64,000 bases of DNA from an uncultured archaeon (GCA_938045545.1 CALIBN010000007.1:32001-96000); one strand, 5' to 3'; shown: positions 8,739 through 19,207, counted from the first letter of the stretch. The notes: generated from the letters alone by a model not told the origin. Numbers and translations: made by a program.

Positions 8739-11738
8739 ATGGCTCGTCAATTTAAAATGATAGAAGAAAATAAATTTAGAAAACCTGTTTCAATATTCAA
8801 GGGCGCTCCATTCTGGTCGATAAACGACCTGTTAACTGAGGATAAAGTTAGGAGAGAGGTTCAGATCTTATGCAGTGCTGGATACGGAGGCGCGTTCTTT
8901 CACGCTAGAGAAGGCCTCGTCACACCGTTCCTAAGTGAGGAATGGTTTAATGCTTTCAGAGTTGCGGTTGAAGAAGCGGAGAAAAACCACATGTTAATCT
9001 GGATTTACGACGAGCTCTGGTGGCCCTCCGGCTTCGCAGGGGGGCTTGTCCCTTTTTTAAGCTCTAAACACAGGGCTAAGGCGCTGGTCATGATGGTTGA
9101 CACGAGAAGCTACAAGGGGGAAGACATCATAGCGAGCTTCGAATGTGTTACAGATGGAAACGGTCTTCCGACAGAATTTAAGAGGGTTTTCGAAGAGAAG
9201 GCGGATTCAGAGAAGCTCTATCTGACATTTCTGAGGTACGTGGCGCCAGTCGGGGAGGCCTGGTACAATAGCTCATGCTACGTCGACCTTCTTGATTACG
9301 GGACAGTCAAGCAATTCTTAAACCTGGCCTACAAGCCTTACGTCGACCTTTTTAAGAAGGATATTGGAAGGACTATTCCAGGGGTTTTCACGGATGAGCC
9401 CAACTTCTCGTCAAGCAGGCCGCCTCCTAGGCAAGCCATGCCCCCGAGAGGGCCGAGGATACCACCCTTCTCAGTGCCATGGACAGACGGGCTTCCAGAG
9501 AGGTTCAGGGAGGTCAACGGGTATGATTTAATAGATCATCTTCCGAAGCTTTTCTTCGACGTCGGCGACTACATGAAGGTGCGGTATGATTTCTGGAGAA
9601 CTGTTACTCTTCTTTTCTTAGAGTCTTTCTCGAAACAGATATACGAGTGGTGCGATAGGAATAATCTGAAGTTTACCGGCCACTATTTGAGCGAGGACGA
9701 CCTTCTTGGTCAAACAATCCGCATAGGTGCAGCGATGCCTCATTACGAGTATCAGCATGTTCCTGGAATAGATCACCTGGGTATGCATGTCTGGAGGAGC
9801 CTGCTAACCGCTAAACAGGTTTCCTCGGCGGCGAACCAGCTTGGAAAAGAAAGGGTTCTATGCGAAGTCTACGGCTGCACCGGGAACTACCCGACTTTCG
9901 AGGACAGGAAGTGGATTGGCGACTGGCTTATAACGATGGGCGTGAACCTGATGTGCCACCACCTAGTTCCCTACTCGATGAGGGGTAGGAGGAAAAGGGA
10001 CTACGGGTTGAACTTCCACTGGGGTCAACCATGGTGGGATTACAACGAGTACATAGAGGATCATTTCTCAAGACTGTGCTACGTGCTTTCCAGCGGGAGG
10101 AGGATCGTAAACGTGCTCGTTATCCATTCGATTGGAAGCGCCTGGGCAAGCTATTCTCCGCTGAACGATTCCACTGTAAGGGTTCTGGACAGTCAGCTTA
10201 AAGGGTTGCTAATGTCCCTTCTGAAACTACATGTTGACTTCGACCTTGGCGACGAGATGCTTATGGAGAAACACGCTAGTGTCGAAGGCTCTAGGCTTAA
10301 GGTTGGGAATGCTTTCTACGACGTCGTGGTTGTACCGCCTTGTCTAACGCTTGCTGGAAGCACGATTAGGCTCTTAAAGAAGTTTAAAGACTCAGGAGGA
10401 GAATTAGTGTTCGTTAAACCGCTTCCGAGCCTGGTTGATGGGAAGCCGAGCGTAGAACTGGCGGAGCTCATCAACAGGTGTACAGTTAAAGAGGATTATG
10501 ACACAGGATCTTTGAGCGACGTTTTGCCGGACCACTGTAAAATTTTGAAAATAGATGGCGATGAAGAGGGTAATCTCCTATACCATTTGAGGAGAGACGA
10601 TTCTGGCGACATGTTTCTGTTCGTTTTTAACTCGAGCAGGGATAAGGCTGTGAACGCTAGAATCGGGCTTCACGGTTCTTTCAGCATTAAACTGTTAGAT
10701 ACTCTAAGCGGTTTAACATCGGAGTTTGAAGGCTATGTGGAAAACGGTTGGACGTATCTGGAGCATGTTTTCCAACCTGTTTCCTCACTCCTCCTTGCTT
10801 TCTCGCCTGGAAAGCCGAAGAACATGTCCGTCAAGCCTAGGAAAACCTTAGAAATACCACTGTCTTCAGACTGGAGTGTTAAACGGATTGATCCTAACGT
10901 GCTGGTTTTAGATTACTGTAGGTACAGGACGAGTGGTGATTGGAGTGAAAAAATGCCTCTTTGCAAGGCTAGAAAACAGATAGTTGCAGAAGGTGTTGGA
11001 ACAAGGTTTACTTTAAAATTCGATTTCGAGTTGAAAACTACTCCTCTAGGTAAGAGTATTAAGCTGGCCATGGAGACACCCCACTTGTTCAAGATTAGGA
11101 TAAACGGGAAAGACGCTCTCTGGAAGGATGAAGGAAACTGGGTTGACGACTGCCTCAGGGTGATGAGTGTAACCGAATATTTGAGAGAAGGTATGAACGA
11201 GATTGAGCTTGAAGGACTTGTCGGAATCGAGCCTGAGATGGAGAACATTTTCCTCATCGGCGAGTTCGGGGTTGAGCTTCCCCCTGGAAAAAATCCAGTG
11301 ATTGTCGATGAGCTTGCTCAGGTTGAAACTAGGGATCTGGCTAAACAGGGCTACCCGTTTTACGTCGGCTCCTTCGAACTGCGCAACGAGTTTCAGTATG
11401 GTGAGGACCCTAGCAGTAAGACGGTTGTCCTGAGGCTGGATGGCTTAAAGGCTGCGCTCGCCGTAGTCTATATTAACGGTCAGGAGGCTGGCAAGGTCTT
11501 CATGCATCCTTTCACTCTTGATGTGACAAGGCTTGTTAGAAAAGGGGTGAACGAGCTTAAAGTGAAGATCGTTGGGACGCTGAGAAATGCTTTCGGACCG
11601 CTGCACTACGCGGGAGGAGACCCGCTCTACATAGGCCCGGAGACTTTCGAGGATGAAAGACACTGGACTGATGAGTACGTTTTAAAACCGTTTGGGCTGG
11701 AGAAAGCGGAAATCGTTATTTACGAGAAAAGCCTTTAG
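8739..11738 (+). CDS. Glycoside hydrolase family 106 (alpha-L-rhamnosidase-like), no signal peptide
   Basis: PFWSIND, FFHAREGL.T.FLSEEW, WIYDE..WPSG.AGG, FTDEP, PGIDHL, CEVYG; C-terminal GH2-type beta-sandwich. Confidence 0.8.
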   Translation: MARQFKMIEENKFRKPVSIFKGAPFWSINDLLTEDKVRREVQILCSAGYGGAFFHAREGLVTPFLSEEWFNAFRVAVEEAEKNHMLIWIYDELWWPSGFAGGLVPFLSSKHRAKALVMMVDTRSYKGEDIIASFECVTDGNGLPTEFKRVFEEKADSEKLYLTFLRYVAPVGEAWYNSSCYVDLLDYGTVKQFLNLAYKPYVDLFKKDIGRTIPGVFTDEPNFSSSRPPPRQAMPPRGPRIPPFSVPWTDGLPERFREVNGYDLIDHLPKLFFDVGDYMKVRYDFWRTVTLLFLESFSKQIYEWCDRNNLKFTGHYLSEDDLLGQTIRIGAAMPHYEYQHVPGIDHLGMHVWRSLLTAKQVSSAANQLGKERVLCEVYGCTGNYPTFEDRKWIGDWLITMGVNLMCHHLVPYSMRGRRKRDYGLNFHWGQPWWDYNEYIEDHFSRLCYVLSSGRRIVNVLVIHSIGSAWASYSPLNDSTVRVLDSQLKGLLMSLLKLHVDFDLGDEMLMEKHASVEGSRLKVGNAFYDVVVVPPCLTLAGSTIRLLKKFKDSGGELVFVKPLPSLVDGKPSVELAELINRCTVKEDYDTGSLSDVLPDHCKILKIDGDEEGNLLYHLRRDDSGDMFLFVFNSSRDKAVNARIGLHGSFSIKLLDTLSGLTSEFEGYVENGWTYLEHVFQPVSSLLLAFSPGKPKNMSVKPRKTLEIPLSSDWSVKRIDPNVLVLDYCRYRTSGDWSEKMPLCKARKQIVAEGVGTRFTLKFDFELKTTPLGKSIKLAMETPHLFKIRINGKDALWKDEGNWVDDCLRVMSVTEYLREGMNEIELEGLVGIEPEMENIFLIGEFGVELPPGKNPVIVDELAQVETRDLAKQGYPFYVGSFELRNEFQYGEDPSSKTVVLRLDGLKAALAVVYINGQEAGKVFMHPFTLDVTRLVRKGVNELKVKIVGTLRNAFGPLHYAGGDPLYIGPETFEDERHWTDEYVLKPFGLEKAEIVIYEKSL

Positions 11739-11840
11739 CAAAACATCTTTCACACCGTTTTTATTTCTGCTGACCTTTTTAACGCGATTCAAATGGAAGG
11801 TTTAAAAGCCTCTTTAAAAGCCTCCGTTCAGTAAAAACGG

Positions 11841-12635
11841 TTGCTGAAAATAATTGTTCTCATAAAACAGGTTCCGGATATCGAGAGGGTAAGGTTCGAC
11901 GTAGAAACAGGTAGAATAGATAGGAGTTCAGCGCCGGCAGAGATAAACCCGTTTGACCTGAACGCTCTCGAGGCGGCTGTACAGATTAAGGAGAAGGTTG
12001 GAGGTTTCATCACTGCCATAAGCATGGGTCCGATGCAGGCCCTAAGCTCTCTGAGGGACGCTATGGCTAGGGGTGCTGACGACGCGATCCTTCTTGAAGA
12101 CAGGAGGTTCGCCGGAGCCGATACTTTGGCTACTTCCAACACTCTCGCTGCTGCTATTAGAAAGATCGGGTCCTACGATATTATTCTCTGCGGGGAGAAG
12201 ACTGTCGACGGTGACACCGGGCAGGTTGGCGCAGAGGTTGCGGAGCTTCTTGAAATCCCTCATGTCTACTATGTTTCAAGGATTGTTAACGTTTCTGAAA
12301 ACTCTATTACCGTCGTCTCCGAGATGGAGGATGCTTCCTACGTTTTGGAATCTGGTTTCCCGGTTCTGGTCAGCGTCACGAGGGATGTCAACAAGCCTAG
12401 GCTGCCAACATTGAAGAGCAAGATGAAGGCTATGAAAAGCGAGGTTAAAATATGGCACGCTGAGGACTTGAGCGGTTTTCTAGACCCGGATAAGGCTGGT
12501 TACGCTGGCTCTCCCACATGGGTTCACAAGGTTGTTGTTCAAAGGGAGAAAACCAGGCAGGTTAGGATATACAGACAGGTTGAAGAGGGGATTCAAGAGT
12601 TGATGCGCCTCTTAGAGTCTAAAGGGTTGATTTAA
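11841..12635 (+). CDS. etfB: Electron transfer flavoprotein beta subunit (FixA/LctB-like)
   Basis: KQVPD, INPFD..ALE.A, MGP, D..FAGADTLATS, G....DGDTGQVG, PRLP, GSPT.V. Confidence 0.93.
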   Translation: MLKIIVLIKQVPDIERVRFDVETGRIDRSSAPAEINPFDLNALEAAVQIKEKVGGFITAISMGPMQALSSLRDAMARGADDAILLEDRRFAGADTLATSNTLAAAIRKIGSYDIILCGEKTVDGDTGQVGAEVAELLEIPHVYYVSRIVNVSENSITVVSEMEDASYVLESGFPVLVSVTRDVNKPRLPTLKSKMKAMKSEVKIWHAEDLSGFLDPDKAGYAGSPTWVHKVVVQREKTRQVRIYRQVEEGIQELMRLLESKGLI

Positions 12636-12636
12636 A

Positions 12637-13641
12637 ATGGAGGGTAGAGGCTCAGGTGGAAAAGTACTCGTGGTCGCGGAGCTTAGGGGGGAGGCAATAC
12701 ACCCTGTTACTTTCGAGCTTCTCGGAAAAGGCAGGGAGATAGTGGAGCATACTGGTGGGGAACTCTGGAGCGTGGTTTTCGGCAGCAACGTGGATAAGGC
12801 TAAGGCTTCAGAGCTAATATATTACGGTGCAGACCGGGTTTTCCTCTTCAACGACCCTGTTTTTTCCGGTTTAAACACGATGGTTTACGCACACAATCTC
12901 ACTAGGCTTTGTAGGGAGGAGAAGCCGGACGTAATCCTGATAGGGGCAACATGCTTCGGAAGGTCTCTGGGTCCAAGGGTTGCGGCAGCGCTTAAAACGG
13001 GTTTAACAGCAGACTGCATAGATTTAAGGATGGACGAGAACGGTGAGCTGATACAGATCAGGCCAGCATTCGTGGGGAACATCTTAGCGTACATTAAGAC
13101 TAAGACTAAGCCCGTGATGTCTACTGTGCGGTACAAGGTTATGAGGGCGAGGGAGAAGGATGAGAGTAGAAGCGGCCTGATTATCGAAAAAACGGCTGAG
13201 AAACCTTTCCAAGACAGGATCAGGCTTATTGGGGAGGCAATACCCAAGAAGCTTAACATAGCGGATGCTGAAATCATAGTTGCAGGCGGCAGGGGGCTGG
13301 GGTCTGCGGAAGGATTCAAGCTACTGGGGGAGCTCGCCAGCCTGCTTGGAGGAGTTGTGGGCTCAAGCAGGCCGCCTGTGGACGACGGGTGGATAAGGAA
13401 GGAGCATCAAGTCGGCTATAGCGGGAGCATAGTTAAGCCTAGGCTGTATATTGCTTGCGGAATCTCCGGCTCGCCGCAACACCTGTTCGGCATGAAGGAT
13501 GCCGAAACAATAATAGCCATTAACAGCGACCCTTCGGCACCCATATTCAGGGTTGCTGACTACGGTATTGTGGGAGACCTTTATCAGATCATACCCCTTA
13601 TGGTAAAAGAGATAAAAGCCAGGAGGGGCGGCGTAGGTTGA
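12637..13641 (+). CDS. etfA: Electron transfer flavoprotein alpha subunit (FixB/LctC-like), without an N-terminal ferredoxin domain
   Basis: TGLTADC, QIRPAF.GN, IIVAGGRG, SRP.VD.GW, QVG.SG..V.P.LYIA.GISG..QH..GM, AIN.D..APIF..ADYG.VGDL. Confidence 0.93.
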   Translation: MEGRGSGGKVLVVAELRGEAIHPVTFELLGKGREIVEHTGGELWSVVFGSNVDKAKASELIYYGADRVFLFNDPVFSGLNTMVYAHNLTRLCREEKPDVILIGATCFGRSLGPRVAAALKTGLTADCIDLRMDENGELIQIRPAFVGNILAYIKTKTKPVMSTVRYKVMRAREKDESRSGLIIEKTAEKPFQDRIRLIGEAIPKKLNIADAEIIVAGGRGLGSAEGFKLLGELASLLGGVVGSSRPPVDDGWIRKEHQVGYSGSIVKPRLYIACGISGSPQHLFGMKDAETIIAINSDPSAPIFRVADYGIVGDLYQIIPLMVKEIKARRGGVG

Positions 13642-15002
13642 TGGAGGGTTTAGCAGAGCGACTTGAGGAAATCGTAGGCAGGGAAGCGGTGGTAAGCGGT
13701 AAAGACAAGATTGAGAGCTACTTGTTCGATGAAACGTGCATTCCGGTGAGACCGTCTGCCATATCAGACTGCATAGTGGTTAAGCCTGCTAACAGCGCCG
13801 AGGTTTCGAGAATCCTTAGGCTGGCTAACGAAAAAAGAATTCCAGTATACCCTAGGGGAGGCGGGACAGGCCTTGTGGGAGGGGCTGTGCCGACTAGAAG
13901 CGGGATAATCGTTTCCCTGGAGAGGATGAATCGGATTGAAGTGGACGAGGAAAACCTGATGGCTGTCGCAGAAGCCGGGGCGACACTGGGGGAGCTCCTG
14001 AAGGCTGCTGAGGAAGCAGGCCTCTCTTTCCCGCCGCATCCCGGGGACGAGGGTGCTCAGATAGGCGGCCTCGTGGCCTGCAACGCTGGCGGGGCCAGGG
14101 CGGTTAAGCATGGTGTCATGAGGGGCTTCGTAAAGGGCTTGGAGGTTGTTCTGCCCACCGGGGAAATCGTAACGTTTGGCGGTAGGCTTCTGAAAGACAA
14201 CATGGGCTACAGCTTGATGCACTTGATCATAGGAAGCGAGGGCACGCTTGGAATTATAACTAAGGTTGTTTTAAGGCTTAACCCTAAAGCGCCATACTCC
14301 TTCACCCTGCTGCTTCCTTTCAACTCGAGGCATGACGCGCTTAATACTGTCCCAAGAATACTGCGCTCCGGGGTGACTCCCCTTGCTCTAGAGTATGTCG
14401 AGAAGGAGTTGATGGAGCTGTCTGCTGAACACTTGGGCGAGAAATGGGTTTTCGAGGGAAAAGTCTTTCTCATAGCAATACTGGCTGGGGAGGAGAACGT
14501 TGTCTACTCTGAGGCTGAAAAGCTTTCCCAGCTATGCGTTGAGAACAACGGGCTTGAGCCTTCAGTTGCAGAGAGAAGGGACGAGCAGGAATCCATTTTG
14601 AGAATAAGAAGCAATATTTACACCGCTCTTAAACGCGACTCCATGGATATTCTTGACACGACGGTTCCACCATCTGCAATTGGAAAGCTGGCGGACGCTA
14701 TCGACACTATTGCCGAGAAATATGGCGCGCACATTCCTGTTTACGGTCATGCTGCAGATGGAAATGTTCACTCCCACGTAATGAAGAGGGATGCTGAGAA
14801 ATATGAGTTGATTAAGAGAGAAATATATGAGACTACGATAGGCCTTGGAGGAACCATCAGCGGTGAACACGGTGTCGGGAAAATACGGGTGAAGGAGCTT
14901 TACCGGTTCACGCATCCGAAGAAAATCGAGCTTATGAAGGCGGTTAAAAGGCTTTTTGACCCGAATAATATTCTAAATCCTTCCACGGTGCTAGAGGTTT
15001 AG
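13638..15002 (+). CDS. FAD-linked D-2-hydroxyacid dehydrogenase (GlcD/LctD family, D-lactate dehydrogenase-like)
   Basis: RGGGTGLVGG, IGG.VA.NAGG.RAVK.G, GSEGTLGIIT, GHAADGNVH, SGEHGVG, FDP.NILNP; start overlaps etfA stop. Confidence 0.88.
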   Translation: MMEGLAERLEEIVGREAVVSGKDKIESYLFDETCIPVRPSAISDCIVVKPANSAEVSRILRLANEKRIPVYPRGGGTGLVGGAVPTRSGIIVSLERMNRIEVDEENLMAVAEAGATLGELLKAAEEAGLSFPPHPGDEGAQIGGLVACNAGGARAVKHGVMRGFVKGLEVVLPTGEIVTFGGRLLKDNMGYSLMHLIIGSEGTLGIITKVVLRLNPKAPYSFTLLLPFNSRHDALNTVPRILRSGVTPLALEYVEKELMELSAEHLGEKWVFEGKVFLIAILAGEENVVYSEAEKLSQLCVENNGLEPSVAERRDEQESILRIRSNIYTALKRDSMDILDTTVPPSAIGKLADAIDTIAEKYGAHIPVYGHAADGNVHSHVMKRDAEKYELIKREIYETTIGLGGTISGEHGVGKIRVKELYRFTHPKKIELMKAVKRLFDPNNILNPSTVLEV

Positions 15003-15080
15003 GAAATTAACAGGTGAAAATAAAGCAAACATAGAGGGTTAAACCTCCGTGAAGGATACAGGTATCCTCTTGAAACGTAA

Positions 15081-15461
15081 ATCGCATTCTATGTTTCTGA
15101 TTTAAAGAAGGCAGTAAAATTCTATGAAGAGATACTCGGTCTGGAAAAGAAATACGAGTATTCTAGCTATGCGGGTTTTGAATGCGGTGGAGTTGAGGTA
15201 GGATTAATTCCGAAACTTGAAGAGTGTAAACATGACACTTCAAAATCGCCGTCAGTGGAGTTTCTGGTTGAAAATGTAGAAAGGTTTTATGAGGAGTTAA
15301 AAGGTAAGGGTGTAAAGTTTACTAGGGAGTTGCATGAGGAGCCGTGGGGTGGGAAGCAAGCGACTTTTACAGACTCTGATGGAAACATTTTAGAGATAGT
15401 GCAGATTGATTGGGAGAAATACTTTAACGTATCTGCCCAGGGAGCGAAAAAGAGGGCATAA
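15081..15461 (+). pseudogene. VOC/glyoxalase-family protein lacking a canonical start codon (5'-damaged, or one-base error)
   Basis: The frame of ORF 15255-15461 extends upstream as IAFYVSDLKKAVKFYEEILGL...GFECGGVEVGL... to a TAA at 15078-15080; EEPWGG..A.F.DSDGN.LEI motif. Confidence 0.65.
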
Positions 15462-15551
15462 GTATTCGTGCGCACTGCTACGAAGGCATGTAAAACCTCT
15501 CAGGGTCGTTCATAATGGATCTGTAACGTTACTCGCCCTAAAACAATACTG

Positions 15552-16691
15552 TTACGACTCGAACAAGATTCCTCCTATGAAGGTCATTCGAACCCTGAAG
15601 TCTTCCCTTATTACAACCATGTCAGCATCCTTTCCTTCCTCTATGCTTCCTTTACACTCTTCAACACCGAGCAACCTAGCCGGGTTATGCGAGGCTACTT
15701 TAGCTACTGAGCTTAAAGGAACACCCGTAAACTTGACGAAGCGTCTAGCCAGCTCGTTCATGCCTGCTGATGTTCCAATCAATATGCCGTCCACGTATCT
15801 CGCCGTCCCGTTTGAAGATATGAATTCAATACCGTTGTAAACATACTTGCCGTCAGGTAAACCCGTCGACCTCACTCCATCTGTTATCAATACGATTCGG
15901 TCTTCACCCAAAATCCTTGCCGCGAATCTCACCATGGATGGGTGAATGTGAACCCCATCGGATATCATCTGTACAGTCACATCCTTAGACTCGAATATGG
16001 CTAGCACTGGACCTGGAGCCCTATGGTGAATAGGCGGCATAGTGTTGAAGAAATGAGTAACATGCTTAACACCCATTCTTATGGCCTTCAAGGTCTCCTC
16101 GTAGTCTGCTGAAGAATGCCCGAGGGACACTATCACCCTGTTTTCAAGCAGAAGGCTTATAACCTGCTCCGCGCCCTCAAGCTCAGGAGCCACAGTCATC
16201 ATCCTGAGCCAACCCTTACACTTATCCATTATCTCAGACAGAACTTTAACCGAAGGCTTACAGATCGAGGATTCTTGGATCATTCCTCTTCTCTCCATGG
16301 AGATAAACGGGCCTTCCAAATGGAATCCTAGAAACCTAGCTCCGTTTAAGCCCCTCGAGACCCCGTTCAACGCAGCCTCTAAATGCTTGTTTTCAAAACC
16401 CGGCTTATAGACGGTGGTTGCAAGGAAACCGGTGACCCCAAACTTGGCGCATGTTTCAGATATAGTGCTGACTGCTTCCTCATCCTCGTCGAGAATGTCA
16501 GCTCCTCCTGCACCCTGTATGTGAACATCGATAAAGCCTGGGAACAAAAAGTCACCTTCCAGGTCAATACTCTCCCCCTCAGTGTAGCCGTAGATTGGTT
16601 TACCGATCTTCCTTATCCTCCCGCGGTCGATTAGAACGTCTCCAAAGGTTTCCCCCCAAGGGTTAACTATCCTAGCGTTTTTAATTAGCAT
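15552..16691 (-). CDS. nagA: N-acetylglucosamine-6-phosphate deacetylase
   Basis: PGFIDVHIQG, HLEGPFI, TVAPE, GHS.A, THFFN.M, DGVH.HP, ITD, NPA.LLG, GKDAD. Confidence 0.92.
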   Translation of the reverse strand: MLIKNARIVNPWGETFGDVLIDRGRIRKIGKPIYGYTEGESIDLEGDFLFPGFIDVHIQGAGGADILDEDEEAVSTISETCAKFGVTGFLATTVYKPGFENKHLEAALNGVSRGLNGARFLGFHLEGPFISMERRGMIQESSICKPSVKVLSEIMDKCKGWLRMMTVAPELEGAEQVISLLLENRVIVSLGHSSADYEETLKAIRMGVKHVTHFFNTMPPIHHRAPGPVLAIFESKDVTVQMISDGVHIHPSMVRFAARILGEDRIVLITDGVRSTGLPDGKYVYNGIEFISSNGTARYVDGILIGTSAGMNELARRFVKFTGVPLSSVAKVASHNPARLLGVEECKGSIEEGKDADMVVIREDFRVRMTFIGGILFES

Positions 16692-16749
16692 TCAAATCTG
16701 CTTGAAACAATTGACTATTAAACCTTCCTTCTAGGGACCCAGCGGGCCT

Positions 16750-17826
16750 TTAAAACTTGAAGAAGGAGCCAGACTCTTTAAAATCGAGCACCTCTATTCC
16801 AATCTCCTGCCCCGCTTTTTTAAGGTTCAGCCAGTAATTGTAGCCTCCTTGAAGCTCCAGTTCCCTAGCTGTTTTCAACCCGGTTTCCAAAACGCCCTCC
16901 GTGAGGTTTAAGCCGGATATTTCCATCCTCACGCCTCTGATAACCATGTATTTTTCGAAAAACTTTACACTAGCACGTTTGGGAACGTACAGGCTTATTT
17001 TTACCGAGCTAAACTTGTTTTCCCGTATTAAGCTGATGCTTGAAGAGACACTCCATAGATCAACACGGTCTTTACTCACCAAATACAGCCGGTCATCCTC
17101 GATTCTCCCCAGCGTGAACTCAATCATTTTCCTAGCGTCAATAAGTATGCTTCTCGCCCTGCCGATGGAACTGATTCTAGCTACTCCTTGCTCTACCAGC
17201 TCCTTCTCTTTTTCTTCAAAGGCTCTCGGAGTACCGTAAGCGTGCAGAAAAAATCTTTTTTCAACAAAATCCCCGTCCATCTTGATCTTGCAGCACGCGG
17301 GCTCCGGCTGCAAATGGTAATAAAGCTTAGCCAGCTCCTCAACTGTGTGGAAGCACGTATTGCTTTCCAACGAGGCGCCGATAAACAGTATCTTGCCGCC
17401 TAGCTCAGCTATCTTAAAGTATGGAGTGCCTTTTCCGCATGGAGTTTCAGCCTCCTCGTGACCTTCAATTATTCTTCTAGCCATTTCGCCTATGGCGGCA
17501 ACAGAATGAGTCGGATGCCTGCTCCTATATGCTTCCCCTCTTTTCCTCAATGTTTCGGGAACCACCCCGGTCCAGCAAGGTTTATCTTTAGAATAACTTG
17601 GAGGGTTCTCCGGAGAGTCGGATATCCGGCCGGTTATTGTGGGGGCAACTATCGTACCGTCCTCCCCAACGCTTTCAAGGAGAGCGTCTACCAGTGTTTC
17701 TGCACCACCAGGCACGTATCCGATGCTGCTTAAAGAGCTGTGAACAAGAACCGTGTCCCCCTTTTCTACCCCGATTTTTATTAAGTCCCCAACGATTTCC
17801 TCCTTTGTAAACTGGAATCTTTGCAT
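16750..17826 (-). CDS. AAC(3)/YokD-family N-acetyltransferase-like protein with an extra C-terminal domain of about 100 aa
   Basis: GD.VLVHSSLSSIG.V.GG, GTIV.PT, G.VPE..R, RS.HPTHS.AA.G, NT.FH..EE. Confidence 0.85.
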   Translation of the reverse strand: MQRFQFTKEEIVGDLIKIGVEKGDTVLVHSSLSSIGYVPGGAETLVDALLESVGEDGTIVAPTITGRISDSPENPPSYSKDKPCWTGVVPETLRKRGEAYRSRHPTHSVAAIGEMARRIIEGHEEAETPCGKGTPYFKIAELGGKILFIGASLESNTCFHTVEELAKLYYHLQPEPACCKIKMDGDFVEKRFFLHAYGTPRAFEEKEKELVEQGVARISSIGRARSILIDARKMIEFTLGRIEDDRLYLVSKDRVDLWSVSSSISLIRENKFSSVKISLYVPKRASVKFFEKYMVIRGVRMEISGLNLTEGVLETGLKTARELELQGGYNYWLNLKKAGQEIGIEVLDFKESGSFFKF

Positions 17827-17898
17827 GCCGGCTGGGATTAAGGGAGTCTAAAAATATTTTATGCTTTTAGAATCAAGCATCCTGCGCTTAAACCCGCC

Positions 17899-19194
17899 TT
17901 ATGAAGCCAACTTTCTAGCTCTTTCAGCGAGTTCCCCACGCTTCCACATTATATCCTTCGGCAGGGTTAACGAGGCGGCGGTGAGAACCACAGCGCATAT
18001 CGACCAGGTTATGGTTATTATTACCACCATTCCCCATTCCAATCCCATGATGTCTGCCAAGTAGCCGGTAATAAGCGGCGCAAAAGCGGAGCCCGCGTTT
18101 TCAACGAACACCTGTACTGATTGAATGGTGCTCCTGACCTCGGGAAGAGCTATGTCTTGAAGGGAAGCTGTTACGGCAGGGCCCGCCATAGGAATGAAGA
18201 AGCCGGTAAGCGCTCCGAACACGGCGAAAAGCTCCACGCCACCCTTCGTTAAAAGCGTCAGGTCGAAAAAGACTAGGCCCACGGCCACCGATATCCCGGC
18301 GAAAATCGCCCTTCCTTTCAAGGTCTTCCTGAACGCCCAGTCGCTCGTTATTCCTGCAACCACGTTACCGGCAACCATTGCTGCAATCGCAACAAGCATG
18401 ATGAACAGCTGTGAATCCGGGTCGAACCCCCTCTCATAAGTCATGTAGGCAAAAAGCCAATAGGTTATTATCTGCCAAGGGAAAACCCCGAAGAAGCCTT
18501 GCGTAAAAAGGAAGATCATCGATTTTCTCCTCAGCACTTCGATCAACGACTCCTTCCTAAAAGTATCCTTCAGCTTATCCTTCACAGCGAGCAGTTCCGG
18601 CTCAGTGGAACCCCTCGGCTTGTCTCTTAACGTGGCCGCTATTAGGACTGCCAATAGCAAGCCGGGCACCCCAGTTATCATGAAGGCGCTGCGCCACCCT
18701 AGGGTGCTGCCCATGATGGTTCCAATAATGGTTCCCAGTAGGGCCCCGATTGCAGCGGAAGTATTCAGTATGCCGAAAGCCGTAGACCTCTTCTCAGGGG
18801 GGAAATGGTCGCCGATGAACGAGACTATCCCGCTGGTTGCCTCATTGTCAATACCGGTTAAGGCCCTGGTAAAGGCTAGCTCTACGAAATTCCTTGAGAA
18901 GGTTGAGAACACGGTTGTTCCCCCCCAGATAGCGCTGGCTAAAGCGGCTAGGTGGGGTCTAGCGTACTTGTCGAAAAGGTAGCCCCAGAGGGGCATGAAA
19001 ACCACTGCAACTACTGCGACGCCAGTCTGTATGGCGCCCAGCTGGGTATATGAGAGAGTAAACTCATCCTTTATCGAGGGAAGGAGCGGCGAGATTAGAA
19101 ACTTATCCGAATTATGGAGCACCATGAATAGGAAGAAAACGAAGACCGCATACCACGCTTCGCGCGATATACTGTAGGACGGAATCCTAGCCAT
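17899..19194 (-). CDS. MFS transporter (Spinster-like); start reassigned to the ATG at 19194
   Basis: About 12 TM; WGYLFDKYAR motif A, D.FPPEKRS; GGTGA RBS-like sequence before MARIP; the longer ORF start overlaps the upstream gene. Confidence 0.85.
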   Translation of the reverse strand: MARIPSYSISREAWYAVFVFFLFMVLHNSDKFLISPLLPSIKDEFTLSYTQLGAIQTGVAVVAVVFMPLWGYLFDKYARPHLAALASAIWGGTTVFSTFSRNFVELAFTRALTGIDNEATSGIVSFIGDHFPPEKRSTAFGILNTSAAIGALLGTIIGTIMGSTLGWRSAFMITGVPGLLLAVLIAATLRDKPRGSTEPELLAVKDKLKDTFRKESLIEVLRRKSMIFLFTQGFFGVFPWQIITYWLFAYMTYERGFDPDSQLFIMLVAIAAMVAGNVVAGITSDWAFRKTLKGRAIFAGISVAVGLVFFDLTLLTKGGVELFAVFGALTGFFIPMAGPAVTASLQDIALPEVRSTIQSVQVFVENAGSAFAPLITGYLADIMGLEWGMVVIITITWSICAVVLTAASLTLPKDIMWKRGELAERARKLAS

Positions 19195-19207
19195 CCTATG
19201 CTCACCC

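Noticed and set aside
16750-17826. AAC(3) homolog as an acquired antibiotic-resistance gene
   Set aside because: No mobile-element context, and it sits inside an amino-sugar metabolic cluster.
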